Shown: positions 11,746 through 24,559, counted from the first letter of the whole stretch. The stretch: 62,094 nucleotides of DNA, filler included, from Globobulimina sp. (GCA_003354225.1; 27 parts of 27 records of this genome joined end to end with filler, not necessarily neighbours in it); one strand, 5' to 3'. Notes: generated by a model from the sequence alone, not told the origin. A program made the numbers and translations.

Positions 11746-12010
11746 ATGAGTATAGATCATACAAAATGTGATATCACAGGCATGGTTGAAAGGCATATCA
11801 TGATTGCTGTTGACAGCTCTGACAACGCCAGAAGGGCGGTTCTCTTTGTGGGGGATTTTTTCGGTTGCTACGACGGGTTTCAGGTGACGCTGCTGCATAT
11901 AATTCTCGAACCTGAAGCGACTTACTTCCGTGATAATGATGAACGTCAAAAGTGGCTTGCAGACCAGCGCGGGGAATCGGGTAAAATGATGAAGGAATAC
12001 AAACATATTT
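11746..12010 (+). CDS. Bacterial universal stress protein (USP), truncated at a chimeric junction
   Basis: HIMIAVDSSDNARRAV..VTLLHI motif, GAGG RBS 8 nt before the ATG, and higher GC than downstream DNA. Confidence 0.85.
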
Positions 12011-13588
12011 TAAATTCGAATGAGATGAAGAAAGTGATTGAGAATAAACGAAATCAGAGTTGTTTTTATGATAAATATGATAGGAATGACAGAGCACAAA
12101 CAAAAGGATATACATTTAAAGTGATTACAATGCTAAAAAAGATATGCAATCACAGTGATTTATTGCTGCTGAAAAATGGAATTAAGTGCGAGGCAGTAAA
12201 TGATTATGGAGCTATTGAGAGATCCGGGAAGTTGCAGGTATTGAATGTAATATTATCGTCATGGCAGGATGTTGGACATAAAGCGTTGATATTTTGTCAA
12301 ACAAAACAGTTTCTAGATATTGTTGAAACATTTATTAAGTCGCAAGAATATATTTATTCGCGGTTGGATGGGTCCACACCAATTCGAAACAGACAGAATA
12401 TGATAAACAGATTTAATGATAAAAACAGTGATATATTCATATTGTTGTTAACAACCCGAGCTGGTGGATTAGGTACTTTTTTTCAAAGAATAATTGTTAA
12501 TACTTCCACTTTGCAATGGATTGTGTTTATTTCTCTATTTAGGCATAAATTTGTGTGGTGCAAACCGTGTAATTGTAATGGATCCGGATTGGAATCCAGC
12601 CACAGACGCACAAGCACGAGAGAGGTGTTACAGGATCGGACAATTAAAAGATGTGGTGGTTTATCGCTTGATTACCCAAGGAACCATTGAGGCCAAAGTG
12701 TATCACCGACAGATTTATAAACAATTTCTGACCAATAAAGTATTAAAAGATGGGAGTAACCAAATCCTTTTTAATGAGAAGGATTTGAAGGATTTATTTT
12801 CTTTGCAGCTGGATATTGACAATGATAATATTAATGAAACAAATGAAATGTTTAGCGATCTAAACGCAAATATTAGCAATCAATCAGAGGTCGATAATGA
12901 TAGAAAGGAAGAAGGAGAAATACTGTCATTGCTATTTTCAAACAATGGAATTGCATCAGCTTTCAGACATAATCATGTCGAAAATTTAGAAGAAAATGAA
13001 AGAATTAAACTTGAGAAAATTGCAAAAAAAGCTGCAAAGAAAGCATTGGCCACATTGGAAAAAGAAGGGATGAAAATAAATAATAATAATTCAATAACAC
13101 AGCCAACGTGGACTGGTTCAAATGGATGTAATCATAATCTGATAAATGATAATCAGAAAATAAAAAAATTCGGAAATCATAGGGATTTAATTCATATTTT
13201 ACGGGCAAAATTGGATAAAAAGAAGCAGGATAATCATGTTAGTAATAATGGTCCATTGTCATCTGCTTCGTTGTTGGCCCAAATTAAAGCCAGAAAAGTG
13301 ACGGATAATAAGAATGAGAATAGAAATAAGAAAAAGGTAATAAATTTAGAAGAGAAAAGATATGAATTGTTAGTGTATGATTTGTATAATTTTGTTAAAA
13401 ATGGAAACAATGGAAATGGAATTGTGAGTGATATAATTATTCAACATTTTGATCATCGATTGAAAAATGAAAAAGAACAATGCATTTTCAAAATTATTCT
13501 ACAAAAAATGTGTAAACTAATTGTGAATCAGCAGTCTCTCAAATGCTGGATTTTAAAGGATAAATATCAATCATTGTCACTGGAATGA
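12000..13588 (+). CDS. ERCC6: ERCC6/CSB/Rad26 SNF2 helicase, C-terminal half (intron 12473-12542)
   Basis: [88 protein letters not shown] motif. Confidence 0.88.
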
Positions 13589-14029
13589 AAATAATTTATA
13601 ATTATTACTTTCGCCAAATTCAATTCATTTAATACTTTGCACATTTGACGTTTTAGCTGAAATTTCAGCATTTGGATACTCTCGAAAAGTATTTGTAGAA
13701 TTATCACGAAAAGTACTATTTCGTGAATATNNNNNNNNNNNNNNNNNNNNNNNNNNNNNNNNNNNNNNNNNNNNTTAATTAATTAANNNNNNNNNNNNNN
13801 NNNNNNNNNNNNNNNNNNNNNNNNNNNNNNTTTGGCCTCGCGTCCACTGCCGTTAATTACACTGGTTTTGTTTTAGGTTAATTCCACATAAATTGTACAC
13901 ATTTCACTTCATATTTTGCCTAAATATAACTTAATATTTCTAGTAGAAAAAAACATAGTATATATTTTTTTTATGGCTATCATTACCTACAAATTGTGTG
14001 AAATATGTACAAATTATTAAGATGTCAAT

Positions 14030-14707
14030 GTGGAAACACGTTCATTTATCCAAAAATTATCCAAACTCATCCATAAATCGACCATATTAAGCATTGTATC
14101 CATAACGTCGACGGTCTTTTTATTGTGTTCGAGTGCTTATCTTCTACAGCAATTGATATTTTTTTTAGTGATTGATGGCGTCATTAACTTGTATTGCATT
14201 GCATGTTTATTACAAATTGGAGAGAAATGCTATCTGAAAACATGCGGCAAAATGGAGAAATTATGTTGTTGTACGTATTATATGTTTGACAAATATTTGT
14301 ATCAAAATAATATTTATACCGAGGTAGCGGTAAAAAGGAAAAGCAATAAAGACAATGTTGCATATAATCCGCCAAAGATCAATGCGGAGCAAAAAGTAGC
14401 GTATATACCTATAAACGACGTATCTTTTACGCGGAAAATCGATTATAATAAATCTATCACATCGTTTAGCGGCATTACACGTACTCCATTCACGTATAGC
14501 AAGAGCAAATTGCCATATTATTACAGTAAGAGCAAAAGCAAACCGCTTAATAAAAGTAAAAGTAAATCTCCATTCACGTATAGTCAGACTAGTAAAAGCA
14601 AAATGGAGTTTAAAACACCTTCAAAAGCATCAGTCACACATTTCTCCAACAGTTACGATTCTCAAATATTCACTGACAATTATGTTGAAATGCAATCTAC
14701 AATGTAA
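14030..14707 (+). CDS. Orphan 7TM/GPCR-like protein, last helices and tail
   Basis: Two TM helices, DGVINLYC motif and Cys-rich YLKTC..CCC, parallel to the 18676 ORF. Confidence 0.55.
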   Translation: METRSFIQKLSKLIHKSTILSIVSITSTVFLLCSSAYLLQQLIFFLVIDGVINLYCIACLLQIGEKCYLKTCGKMEKLCCCTYYMFDKYLYQNNIYTEVAVKRKSNKDNVAYNPPKINAEQKVAYIPINDVSFTRKIDYNKSITSFSGITRTPFTYSKSKLPYYYSKSKSKPLNKSKSKSPFTYSQTSKSKMEFKTPSKASVTHFSNSYDSQIFTDNYVEMQSTM

Positions 14708-14908
14708 TATAATAATTATTCAAACTTTTATATAATTGAAAGTAAAATTTGTTTTTTCAATGTTTTAGCTTGTTTTTAGTAATAATTTAATTTTTTTGCG
14801 TTTGTTTTCGGTAAATAATATATAAAATAATAACATGTACAATACCATCGTTTCTCTAGTCAAAATCATTTAAAATCATTTAAAACTATTAAACTTCACT
14901 CAGTCGCA

Positions 14909-15985
14909 ATGGACCACGATACAAAAGAAGAGGAACCATTGTTAAATGGGAGAAATCGACGTGTTGCTGCGCAATATGAGTCAGCAACGTTACAATTGCA
15001 AGAATTACTTGAAAAAGTAAAACAAATCAAAATCAACAGCAATATACCAACTGAATTGTTTATAAATACCATATCTGAATTTATGCAGTCACTCAACGAT
15101 AACAATGCTAACATTATAAAATGCAAACAAGATACGCAAGATACACAAGCCACAGCGCTTACTGATTCGTACAACAATGCATTACAAATAATCTCGCAAA
15201 AAGAAACAGAATTACAACTGGCACATTTAGCATATCAAGCAATGGCAATGCAACTCGCCACATATAAGCAAAAATACGTACGTTAATTTTTATTTTATTT
15301 TTTTATTAGATAAATAAACACATAAAATAACACAAACACAAAGAGAAGCGACGCAGTGCTATCCAATGCTGACCACAAAGAGCAACAAATAACTGATGTC
15401 AACAGAGGTAATGCAGACGAAATATTGACAGAGCACACAGAAGAAAAAATAGATAACACAGCAAATCAAAGTTGTGTAGTTTTTTCTATTATATTTGAGT
15501 ATATTGCGCAGTGATAATCATATAATTTATATATAGGAATGGATGCGTATGAGGTAGAGAGTGATTGCAGTTCCAGTTCCAGTTCCAGCTCAGATTGTGG
15601 ATTATTAACAAATGATGTTACTTTTAAACCTGTTGGTGAGTATGAACCCGTTTCGTTTAATAAATATATATTTTATAATCCATCTATGAATGTGAATGAT
15701 GAATATGATGGAATACAAAGTGACTGGCAATGTACAGCAAATGGTGATTTATCTCAAGATGAGACGGATGAGGATGAGGATGAAGATGAGGAGGACGAAT
15801 GTATACATTTCATAAAAGCACTGAATACATTACAGATTAAATGCGATGGATTGCAGAATGAAAATGAAATGTTACGGCATGATAATAGGCAGAAATTGCA
15901 AATGGTGCAAGATATTGGTATTAAATATAAAAATAAATGTCTTGAATGTGATCGATTAAAACGTAAATTGTCAAATAATGATTAA
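14909..15985 (+). CDS. Coiled-coil hypothetical protein, probably intron-split
   Basis: Two same-strand ORFs separated by AT-rich GT..AG segments; heptad-like and acidic stretches. Confidence 0.45.
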
Positions 15986-16536
15986 CATTTGTTTATAAAT
16001 TGAGGCTCTTCAAACTACAAAATATTTTATTTTTTNNNNNNNNNNNNNNNNNNNNNNNNNNNNNNNNNNNNNNNNNNNNTTAATTAATTAANNNNNNNNN
16101 NNNNNNNNNNNNNNNNNNNNNNNNNNNNNNNNNNNATTGGAAATATCAGTTCCCAGGACATGCAAGCGCCCATGGGTATTGAGCACTTCGCTCACTAGTA
16201 GATGTGCTTGGCGCAATGCTAATCTGTTCAGAACCGCTGGTATCACCGATATCCACTGACCCTGCTGGTCCTGCATCAGCGATAGAATTACGTGTTGGCA
16301 CCAAAGTAAATTCAAGTGTGGAAAGCTCCAGATCACAAGACTACACAAGCAACTTACAAACAATGCCTGGGCAACCGTCTGAGGAGATTCAGCGGCCCTA
16401 CAAACTTCAATGCAAGTAGGTTTAATAGGGCTTTTCAGCTTGCATTGCTGGTGATTTGTGACTGCTTTTTTGGAACAGACCGCAAAAGAAGACGCGCGAC
16501 AAAAATATCCCAAAAATAAGCTCCAAAGCTCCCGCG

Positions 16537-18234
16537 GTGAAGAAACATTGGCCCACATTGGCGGTGGATAAGAATGCGCCGAAGAAAGTGGCTAAAAATG
16601 CACCCAAAAATATCCCGAAAGCTGCAGCTACAAAAACGAAAAACGCAGCAAAAACTGCGCCGAAATGGGTGGATAAATCAATACCGAAAACTGTCGCTAA
16701 ACCTGCGGCTAAAAAAGCGGCTAAACCTTCGCCTAAAAACATAGCTAAAAAACGGGCTAAACCTTCTCCTAAAAATGTGCCTAAAAATCGGGCTAAATCG
16801 CCACCTAAAAATCGCCCGAAAAAAACTGCGCCTAAAAATGTGCCGAAATGGGTGGATAAGTCGCAAACAAACAAAAGTAAACAACTTACGATCAAAAATC
16901 AACCGATACCGATTGCAATAAAAAGTAAACCAAAACCGATATCGACTGCGAGTACTAAAAAAACTAAACGTGGCGCCCGAAAACACAAGAAAAACAAGCA
17001 AAGTTCGGATAAAATGGAGATTTTTAAGCCAATAAACACAACGAATAATAATAAGAATCAATCAAAAACAGAAACTGCGCCGCCACCAAAAAAAGCAGCA
17101 ATCAAAATGCCGCCAAAGGGGAAAATGCCGCATCTAAAACAAAAAGAGAAATCATTCAAGAAAGCAAATCCATGGGGCGCTGCTCATAAATCACCGCCAC
17201 CGAAACCAAAACCGAAAGCAATCGATAAAAGCAATGAAACTCAAATTGAAACCCACGAAAAGGAGAAAAACAAAACAAAACCCAAGAAAAACAAAAATAA
17301 AAATAAAATAAAAGCAAGCAAGCAAAAGAATGACAAAAATAAAACTGCAACAAAATTAAAAGCAAACAATCAAAATGATAAAAATAATCAAAAAAATGGC
17401 AAAAATAAAAAAGTCAAGGCAGACAATCAAAAGAATGCTAAAAAAGACCAGGCAAACAATCAAAAACAGCAAACTAAGTGCGATCGAGAGGAGAAAGAGG
17501 ATTCGATAGAAAGGATCCATATCGCCACAGCATTGCACGAATTGGAAATGACATTGATTCGCTTGGGCCGTTATAAGAAAACATTATATTTAGACGATAA
17601 AATTGGATTATTTTTGTGTTTTTTGTTTGAATCTTTATTTGTATTATTAAAGGCGAACGTAACTACATTTAAAACGGAATTGACCAATGTTTGGAAGCAG
17701 CATATTTATCAAACTGTATACGATCAATTTTGGTGTAAAAGTAAAATTGAGTTGAATATTAATCCGGATACAAATTTAAAAACTGAAACAATAAAATTTG
17801 TGTCGCCGTCCTATAAAATCCGTACAAACGAGAATTTATTGTCGTATTCGCCATTTTTATGCAATTTACCTGAATTGAATGAGAACATTGCCATCCAATT
17901 TGGCGCATTGTACGATATTTTTGGTGCCATTGCGATGGACTGTAATTGTGACGAAATAGATTTTGAGCCTTTAAAACCTTGGATTTCGCAAATGGATTTG
18001 TCATTTAATGAAATATATTGTGTTTTGTTGTATTTGTGGTTTATTTTGGATGTGGAGATACCATCGGCGCCATACAAATTTATTGTGCCTAAGAAAATAG
18101 CGCCAAAAACGGATGAGGAGCAAAATAAAAAACAAAACCAAGCAAAAAAGAAAAATAAACCAAAACAAAAACAAAAACAAAAAAAACACAAAGCTAAAAA
18201 ACCTGTTGTTTTGTTTAAAATGGGCGGAATGTAA
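16537..18234 (+). CDS. Lys/Pro/Ala-rich protein with histone-H1-like repeats and an unknown C-terminal globular domain
   Basis: 565-aa ORF with PKKVAK/PSPKN repeats and PKWVDKS twice. True start is uncertain; a likely acceptor lies near 16478. Confidence 0.7.
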   Translation: MKKHWPTLAVDKNAPKKVAKNAPKNIPKAAATKTKNAAKTAPKWVDKSIPKTVAKPAAKKAAKPSPKNIAKKRAKPSPKNVPKNRAKSPPKNRPKKTAPKNVPKWVDKSQTNKSKQLTIKNQPIPIAIKSKPKPISTASTKKTKRGARKHKKNKQSSDKMEIFKPINTTNNNKNQSKTETAPPPKKAAIKMPPKGKMPHLKQKEKSFKKANPWGAAHKSPPPKPKPKAIDKSNETQIETHEKEKNKTKPKKNKNKNKIKASKQKNDKNKTATKLKANNQNDKNNQKNGKNKKVKADNQKNAKKDQANNQKQQTKCDREEKEDSIERIHIATALHELEMTLIRLGRYKKTLYLDDKIGLFLCFLFESLFVLLKANVTTFKTELTNVWKQHIYQTVYDQFWCKSKIELNINPDTNLKTETIKFVSPSYKIRTNENLLSYSPFLCNLPELNENIAIQFGALYDIFGAIAMDCNCDEIDFEPLKPWISQMDLSFNEIYCVLLYLWFILDVEIPSAPYKFIVPKKIAPKTDEEQNKKQNQAKKKNKPKQKQKQKKHKAKKPVVLFKMGGM

Positions 18235-18675
18235 TGTAATGAGAGATTTGATATTGATAAATATATTTGTTTTGTTTTGCTTGTTTTTATAACAATTGAA
18301 TTTTAAGTTTTTATTTCGAAACAAAAGAACCAAGTTTGTTNNNNNNNNNNNNNNNNNNNNNNNNNNNNNNNNNNNNNNNNNNNNTTAATTAATTAANNNN
18401 NNNNNNNNNNNNNNNNNNNNNNNNNNNNNNNNNNNNNNNNAGTATTTAAACTTCACACGGTCGAATATTGCCACCTGCGCGAGGATGAAAAAAAACAAAC
18501 AAATGTTGCTGAAAATCCATCGGTAAAGTCGCAATCTGCGAAGATTATAAATTCATAGCACTGCACAAACACATTTCTTTAATCAAAAACTTTGACGTCA
18601 ACAAATAACAAAAAATATAGATTCAAAATAGTAAGAAAGCAAAGTACTAACAGCGTGAGTTAAAAAACAAATCAA

Positions 18676-19746
18676 TTATCTAAGAATTAAATCTTGATAA
18701 TCAATACATTCGTGCTCTTCATATCCATCATTAATTCCTGTAATCCTTCCAACCACACAGCGTACACAACATTTTTCAAAAAAGGTATGTCCACATTTGC
18801 ATATTTTATAGTATTGCTCCTCATGGCAGGAATATAGAAAATATAAACAATTGGCATTAACCAACGAATCAAAACCAACAAATAAATATTCCAATGCTCC
18901 TAATTCCTTATTGTTATCAAATTGATCATTTTCATGAGCCATTGTTATAATTACCATAATAATCAATGTTAGAAAGGTAGAACTCACCGCAATCGACACC
19001 AATAACGCATACTTGGTTGCGGACTTAACATCATCTACTTTCACTGTTATTTGTTTTACAATGGAGGGCCCATTGGAGGCATCACTGTCATCCACATTTT
19101 CATTTTGCAATGCGAAAAATGCCTTATATCGCATTACTTCAAATACTTTGAATAAAAATAAAAACATCATTACTATGGACGAAGAAAAAATTATTACTGC
19201 CCATATGATCGACAATATAATTGTTGTAATTCTTTGTTTCGTGGCAATGGTAACAAACATTGCTATTATTAACATAAATAATGATGAAACGGCAATATAT
19301 CCCAATTTAACACCAATGGGATTAAATCTAATAAATGGTATGTTCTTAAATGACATATCAAGCCGTATTACAAATGTCAACAGCAACAACCACTGCCCAA
19401 ACAAATAAAATCCACCACCGAAAATCCATATTAATCCACGTATGAGATTATAATTTTCTGCTCCAAAATATAGAAAAATTATTAAAAAAAAGCACGATGT
19501 AACACATCCGGCTCCGTAAAATCCTATTTCAAAGGAGAAAACAATTGCAATGTTTATAAGAAAAACAAGACCAAATATACCTAAAGCAATAGCTGTCACA
19601 GTCCCAATCATTTTATCGTCTGATTTGTTAAAAGCATGCCGCAATTGAACAATTAATTTGATAAACAAAACAATTATTACAGAAGAACATATTGATAATC
19701 CAAATAGACTGGAAATAAGTTCAATTGTAGGAGCAGCCATTGACAT
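18676..19746 (-). CDS. Orphan 7TM/GPCR-like protein
   Basis: About seven hydrophobic helices, FVIRL after TM3, long loop before TM6, DSLVNANC in TM7, Cys-rich tail. Confidence 0.7.
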   Translation of the reverse strand: MSMAAPTIELISSLFGLSICSSVIIVLFIKLIVQLRHAFNKSDDKMIGTVTAIALGIFGLVFLINIAIVFSFEIGFYGAGCVTSCFFLIIFLYFGAENYNLIRGLIWIFGGGFYLFGQWLLLLTFVIRLDMSFKNIPFIRFNPIGVKLGYIAVSSLFMLIIAMFVTIATKQRITTIILSIIWAVIIFSSSIVMMFLFLFKVFEVMRYKAFFALQNENVDDSDASNGPSIVKQITVKVDDVKSATKYALLVSIAVSSTFLTLIIMVIITMAHENDQFDNNKELGALEYLFVGFDSLVNANCLYFLYSCHEEQYYKICKCGHTFFEKCCVRCVVGRITGINDGYEEHECIDYQDLILR

Positions 19747-21042
19747 GACAAATGTGTAAAGTTTTTTGTGAAAATGACTGTAACTTTTCTTCACTACTGT
19801 TTCGTTTTTACATTTTTTCATCATGGCATTCAGTTACCAGCAACACGGGCAACAATCAGAGCATACAACAACACCATCCAACACCAACAATCATAACTTC
19901 GATGCGCCTTTAATTGGTGATTTAAAATTGGATACAAACAATAACAACAACACAATGAACGATCCAATCATTTATCATAACGATGAACCTGATCATGACG
20001 CATTGACAAACCCATTATACGAGTTATGTACACATTTGTTACACTTTGCATATTGTATACAAACAAAACTTAAAACACACTCTTTCGCGTTATAAAAACT
20101 ATAATTTATACACATACACATACACACTTCCACAGTCACGACGATACAATGTCAACATTCGGCATGTCAATAGACTCAAATATGTATGGTTCGCCATCAT
20201 TAGGTACACATATACTGTCTTTAATTACCATCCATTTAATTTATATCCATCTATAATTGGCACTGCAATAATAAAACTAGCCGGATTTGATCAATACCAT
20301 CCTTTACGTACACCTATCACCCCAATGCCAACAATGATGCATTTAGATACTTCACCGGTGCCTCCCTTTGTTGCCACCACTAATAACACCAATAATAGCC
20401 ATACCACTGATGATATCTCACCAAATACCAATAATAATCACACGGATAACAGTACCAATGACAATGACGCTCCATTTGATGGTTTCCATCATATGGATAT
20501 GGATAATGATACGCCATACTATCCATACAATGGTACGTTTATAAGTTATTAATTTAACAAAATAGTGCAAGGATATTTGACAATTTCCCCGCAATCATCA
20601 TACACAAAAACGCACAAAACAGATGATCACGATAATGACGATATGNNNNNNNNNNNNNNNNNNNNNNNNNNNNNNNNNNNNNNNNNNNNTTAATTAATTA
20701 ANNNNNNNNNNNNNNNNNNNNNNNNNNNNNNNNNNNNNNNNNNNNAAACATTTTGAAATAACTAAATATGGTTGATAATTAAAATAAAAATAGGAGTTAT
20801 GATCAAGGCAGCTGCTGTAATATCTTTGAAGTACACAATTTACAATCTCAGCCCTTTTGAGAGTTGACATGATCAAAGTGGCGTTTTTCTAGCACTAGAT
20901 TGTGATGCAGCCAGTGTTAGATGCCTTTCACAAGGGTCAATCAATTGCAGCTGTATACAATAGTGTAAAGCATCCATGCATAATTCGCCTAAATTCGGCA
21001 TGGAATTATCTATTTTTAAGCAAGCAAGAGACAGAGCACAAA

Positions 21043-22068
21043 ATGTGTATTTGGGACAGTATAGAGCACATAGCGTGCATAAATCTGAAAGAAAGAAGGG
21101 ACAGATACGAGGAAGTGAGACATTCATTCGAATCTGTGGGACTCAGCCCTGACAAAGTGGCATTCAATCGAGTTGATCGATCCCCGCACGGCGCCCGATT
21201 TGGTGTGTTTGAATCGCACTACAAAATCATTCAAAAATGGGCTGCTCAAAAGGTGGAATACGGTTTGATCTTTGAAGACGACGTCGTATTCAGGCAAGGG
21301 TGGCAGACAGTGGTCAGCGATTGCATTGCGTTCATTCGCGGAACGGACATCAAAGACTGGGACGCATTGTTTATGGGTTCAGTGATGATATTCCCAGTGA
21401 GTGTTTCGAGTGTGAACCAACGCATTTGGAAAGCGAAAGTGGTCACTGCGCACGCGTATCTCATATCACAAACAGGAATGGAGAAATTCCTGAGCGGCTT
21501 AGAGTTGTGTCCTGTCACCACAGACTCAGAGACACACGATTTGTTGCAGTGCAATGTGTGGCCGAACATGTACTGCCATCGGGAAACAGAAGTGATCACC
21601 CAAAGATTCGTAGACTCTGACAACGAATGGGGCGACGCATACAATGGTGTGCCTCTGCAGTTTACCAAATATTTTCAAATGAATGTGATCGCGCATGGCT
21701 ATCGCACATGGGAGCATTGGGCAATAAAGAGTTCGATACACATTCCCTTTCAAGTGAGACCATACTTGTATGGCATGTGTGGCTCTCATAAGCTGTGTGT
21801 CTACGATGAGGGAAGCAACACTCGTCGGGTCATTTACTGCTCACGATTAACTCGACTGATTATGACATTTTGGTTGTATGCGACACTGTTCTCTGCTGGC
21901 GGTGCGCCTTTGCAGATGCACTATTGGTATTGGCGGATCATTTATGGATATTTTAGAAAGAATATGAACAAAAGAGGAATTAATGAGAATGATAAGCGCT
22001 TGTTTGTGCTTATCATAGTTTTATGCTTTCTGTTTGTCGTGGCTGTCGGTGTTGTTCGTTCTTCATAA
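21043..22068 (+). CDS. Glycosyltransferase family 25-like protein with C-terminal TM
   Basis: CINLKERRDR, GVFESHYKII, LIFEDDV, TAHAYLIS. Confidence 0.85.
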   Translation: MCIWDSIEHIACINLKERRDRYEEVRHSFESVGLSPDKVAFNRVDRSPHGARFGVFESHYKIIQKWAAQKVEYGLIFEDDVVFRQGWQTVVSDCIAFIRGTDIKDWDALFMGSVMIFPVSVSSVNQRIWKAKVVTAHAYLISQTGMEKFLSGLELCPVTTDSETHDLLQCNVWPNMYCHRETEVITQRFVDSDNEWGDAYNGVPLQFTKYFQMNVIAHGYRTWEHWAIKSSIHIPFQVRPYLYGMCGSHKLCVYDEGSNTRRVIYCSRLTRLIMTFWLYATLFSAGGAPLQMHYWYWRIIYGYFRKNMNKRGINENDKRLFVLIIVLCFLFVVAVGVVRSS

Positions 22069-23049
22069 ATTTATATTTTCAACAACGTCTGAAAATCGTT
22101 TCTAGCTGAAAATATAAAAGTTAGAGTCAATGTTTAATAAACTAAACACAAACAAGACAAGCACAGAATACAACCAGGCAGATATGCACATCCAAACAGA
22201 GATTTGCTGACATTCTTGCTTCTCATCTTCCAAATCCACAAATTGATAAATGACAATCCATTCTAAGAGCAATGTAAACAGGTACAACCTTGACATGCGG
22301 ATTCCTACTATACCCTCCAATAATTGATTGCATTATCACATTTCTATCAAAAAGTATTGACGAATGCGAAATACAATTGATAATGCATTATCAATCTGAA
22401 AAATAATGGATATTAATAAATATTAATAAATATTACGGTTCCACACTAGGACTCAGAAACCATACTCGTTATTTTGAAAACGGAGGGCAGGCTCGCTTCG
22501 GCTACGCTTGGCTGATGACATTATTGACAGAGTATACAAAACCGGATGAATTCGCTCCAATAATATTGACACCATTCCTACCCATCAAATAAATGGTATT
22601 AACCTTACACTGTTTGACAATTAAATGATAATAGGTTTGATAAAATGCGTCAGTGGCACACATTGCAAGGTATCCTAATCTGCACATATTTATCCAATGA
22701 TTGGTTGGAATCCACAAATATCCAGTAATAACCATTAAAACAAGGATGATACTATACAAACTTTAAATGTTTTAATTGTATGATTTTTGTAACTTTGTTC
22801 CATATTTGACTGAATGAAACTGCATGATTTGTATATCATTGACCATAAAAATTGAGTCATACCAACACTCTGCAAATTCCGTCTGAAATTCATCATTTAT
22901 TCGTGATGAGAAGAACTCCAACACTTCCCAAAATACACCGCACATAAATNNNNNNNNNNNNNNNNNNNNNNNNNNNNNNNNNNNNNNNNNNNNTTAATTA
23001 ATTAANNNNNNNNNNNNNNNNNNNNNNNNNNNNNNNNNNNNNNNNNNNN

Positions 23050-23717
23050 ATATCACTTTTTGTATATTACCGATGATCTTTGCTTTATGGATTTTCTGTG
23101 TCAACTCTTTGAAGCGGGGATGGTGCATAAACTCCACACCATCCATAAACTGCACATTCTTGGCGCGGCACGAAGGGATTATGATTTCTATGTATTTTGG
23201 AGACCCCACCGGCTTCTCACACAATATGTGCTTTTTCTGTTTATTGTTTAAACGCATTATCGCACACAGTTAGTATACGGGTATTGTTTATATGTTGTAC
23301 CTTTTCGATTGCTTTGACGATCCATGGTAATCTCAATGCCGTTGGTAAAGGAATATATACAATGTTGACTCTGTCGGATTGTATCAATTCATCATATGTC
23401 ATCGCTTCTGCATTGGGACAGTTTCGTGACACAAAATTTTGTGCTTTTTCAAGTGAGCGGGATGCGACCACTGTGATTTCACTGTTTGGTGCTAAATGGA
23501 TTGCTCTGGCGATCTTGGATGCGATGCCGGCACAGCCTAAGATGCCATAGCCTATGATTGTGTTACTGTTTATCGTGTCATGTTCTGCTGTGTTATAATT
23601 ATTATAATTTGGTACGGGGTATTGTGGGGTTATGTATTGTGGAGTTTGTTGGTCAGATTCTATTAGCGTATCTTCTGCCACTTGTTGTTTTAAATCGTCG
23701 TAACATATGTTTGCCAT
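23050..23717 (-). CDS. Gfo/Idh/MocA oxidoreductase (intron 23237-23300), 3' partial
   Basis: YGILGCAGIA, VASRS, VYIPLPT, KHILCEKP, FMDGVEFMHHPR. Confidence 0.92.
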
Positions 23718-23765
23718 ACTAGCACATGAAAAACTTGTAGTTACTTCTACTTCGTTCGAATTAAC

Positions 23766-24554
23766 ATGTCAGCTGAAAATAAAAATAATGATATTTCAGT
23801 GGTCATAAATGAATCAGGATTTAAAATCGATGGTGAGTTAATCGCTCAAGGAGCAGAAGCTAAAGTGTATAAATCTCAATGGGAGGCAAAAACAACCATT
23901 GTCAAGTATAGATTTCCTAAAAAATATAGGCATCCTCAGTTAGATTTAAAATTAAGAAAAAATCGAACAAAAAAGGTATTTTTGATAAATCCTTGCACTT
24001 ATAATTATAATTACAATTTCCTCCATTGATTGCAAAAGGAATTCAAATGTATTGGAAAAGCTAAACTTGCAGATATAAGAGTGCCTGACCTATATTATAA
24101 TGATAAGAAGAACTGTGTCATCCATATGGAATTTATAGATTTACCGACAGTAAAAACGGTTTTAATCAAACATTACAATGCAAAAACATTAACTTATGAC
24201 AATACAAAATGTAGAAACATTTTGAAGGAAATCGGTAAAAACATTGCAATCTTACATAAACATGATATAGTCCACGGCGATCTGACTACGTCCAATCTGT
24301 TAACAGATGAAAGCAACCATGGAATTGTGATGATAGATTTTGGATTATCAGAGGGGACCACCAAAGTGGAAGACAAAGCCGTTGATATATATGTGTTGGA
24401 GCGAGCCTTTGTAAGCACGCATCCTAAATCACAATATATGGTTGACATAATACTGCAAGAATATAAACTGTATTATCCAAAGGGACAAAAACAAATTTTA
24501 AAACGCTTGGAAGCAGTGAGATTGCGCGGGAGAAAGCGATCAATGCTCGGTTGA
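23766..24554 (+). CDS. BUD32: KEOPS kinase Bud32/TP53RK (intron 23976-24038)
   Basis: QGAEA, KYRFPKKYRHPQLD, HGDLTTSN, IDFGLS, EDKAVDIYVLERA, VRLRGRKRSMLG. Confidence 0.96.
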
Positions 24555-24559
24555 TAGGT

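Noticed and set aside
11716-12690. Novel USP-SNF2 fusion protein
   Set aside because: Both halves are truncated, one bacterial with an RBS and one intron-containing. A chimera is the simpler explanation.
16422-18333. Hydrophobic minus-strand ORFs resembling membrane proteins
   Set aside because: They are antisense shadows of the Lys-rich ORF (AAA codons read as TTT).
22480-22520. GC-rich GCTCGCTTCGGCTACGC patch as a structured RNA
   Set aside because: Too short, with no convincing stem or second copy in the window.
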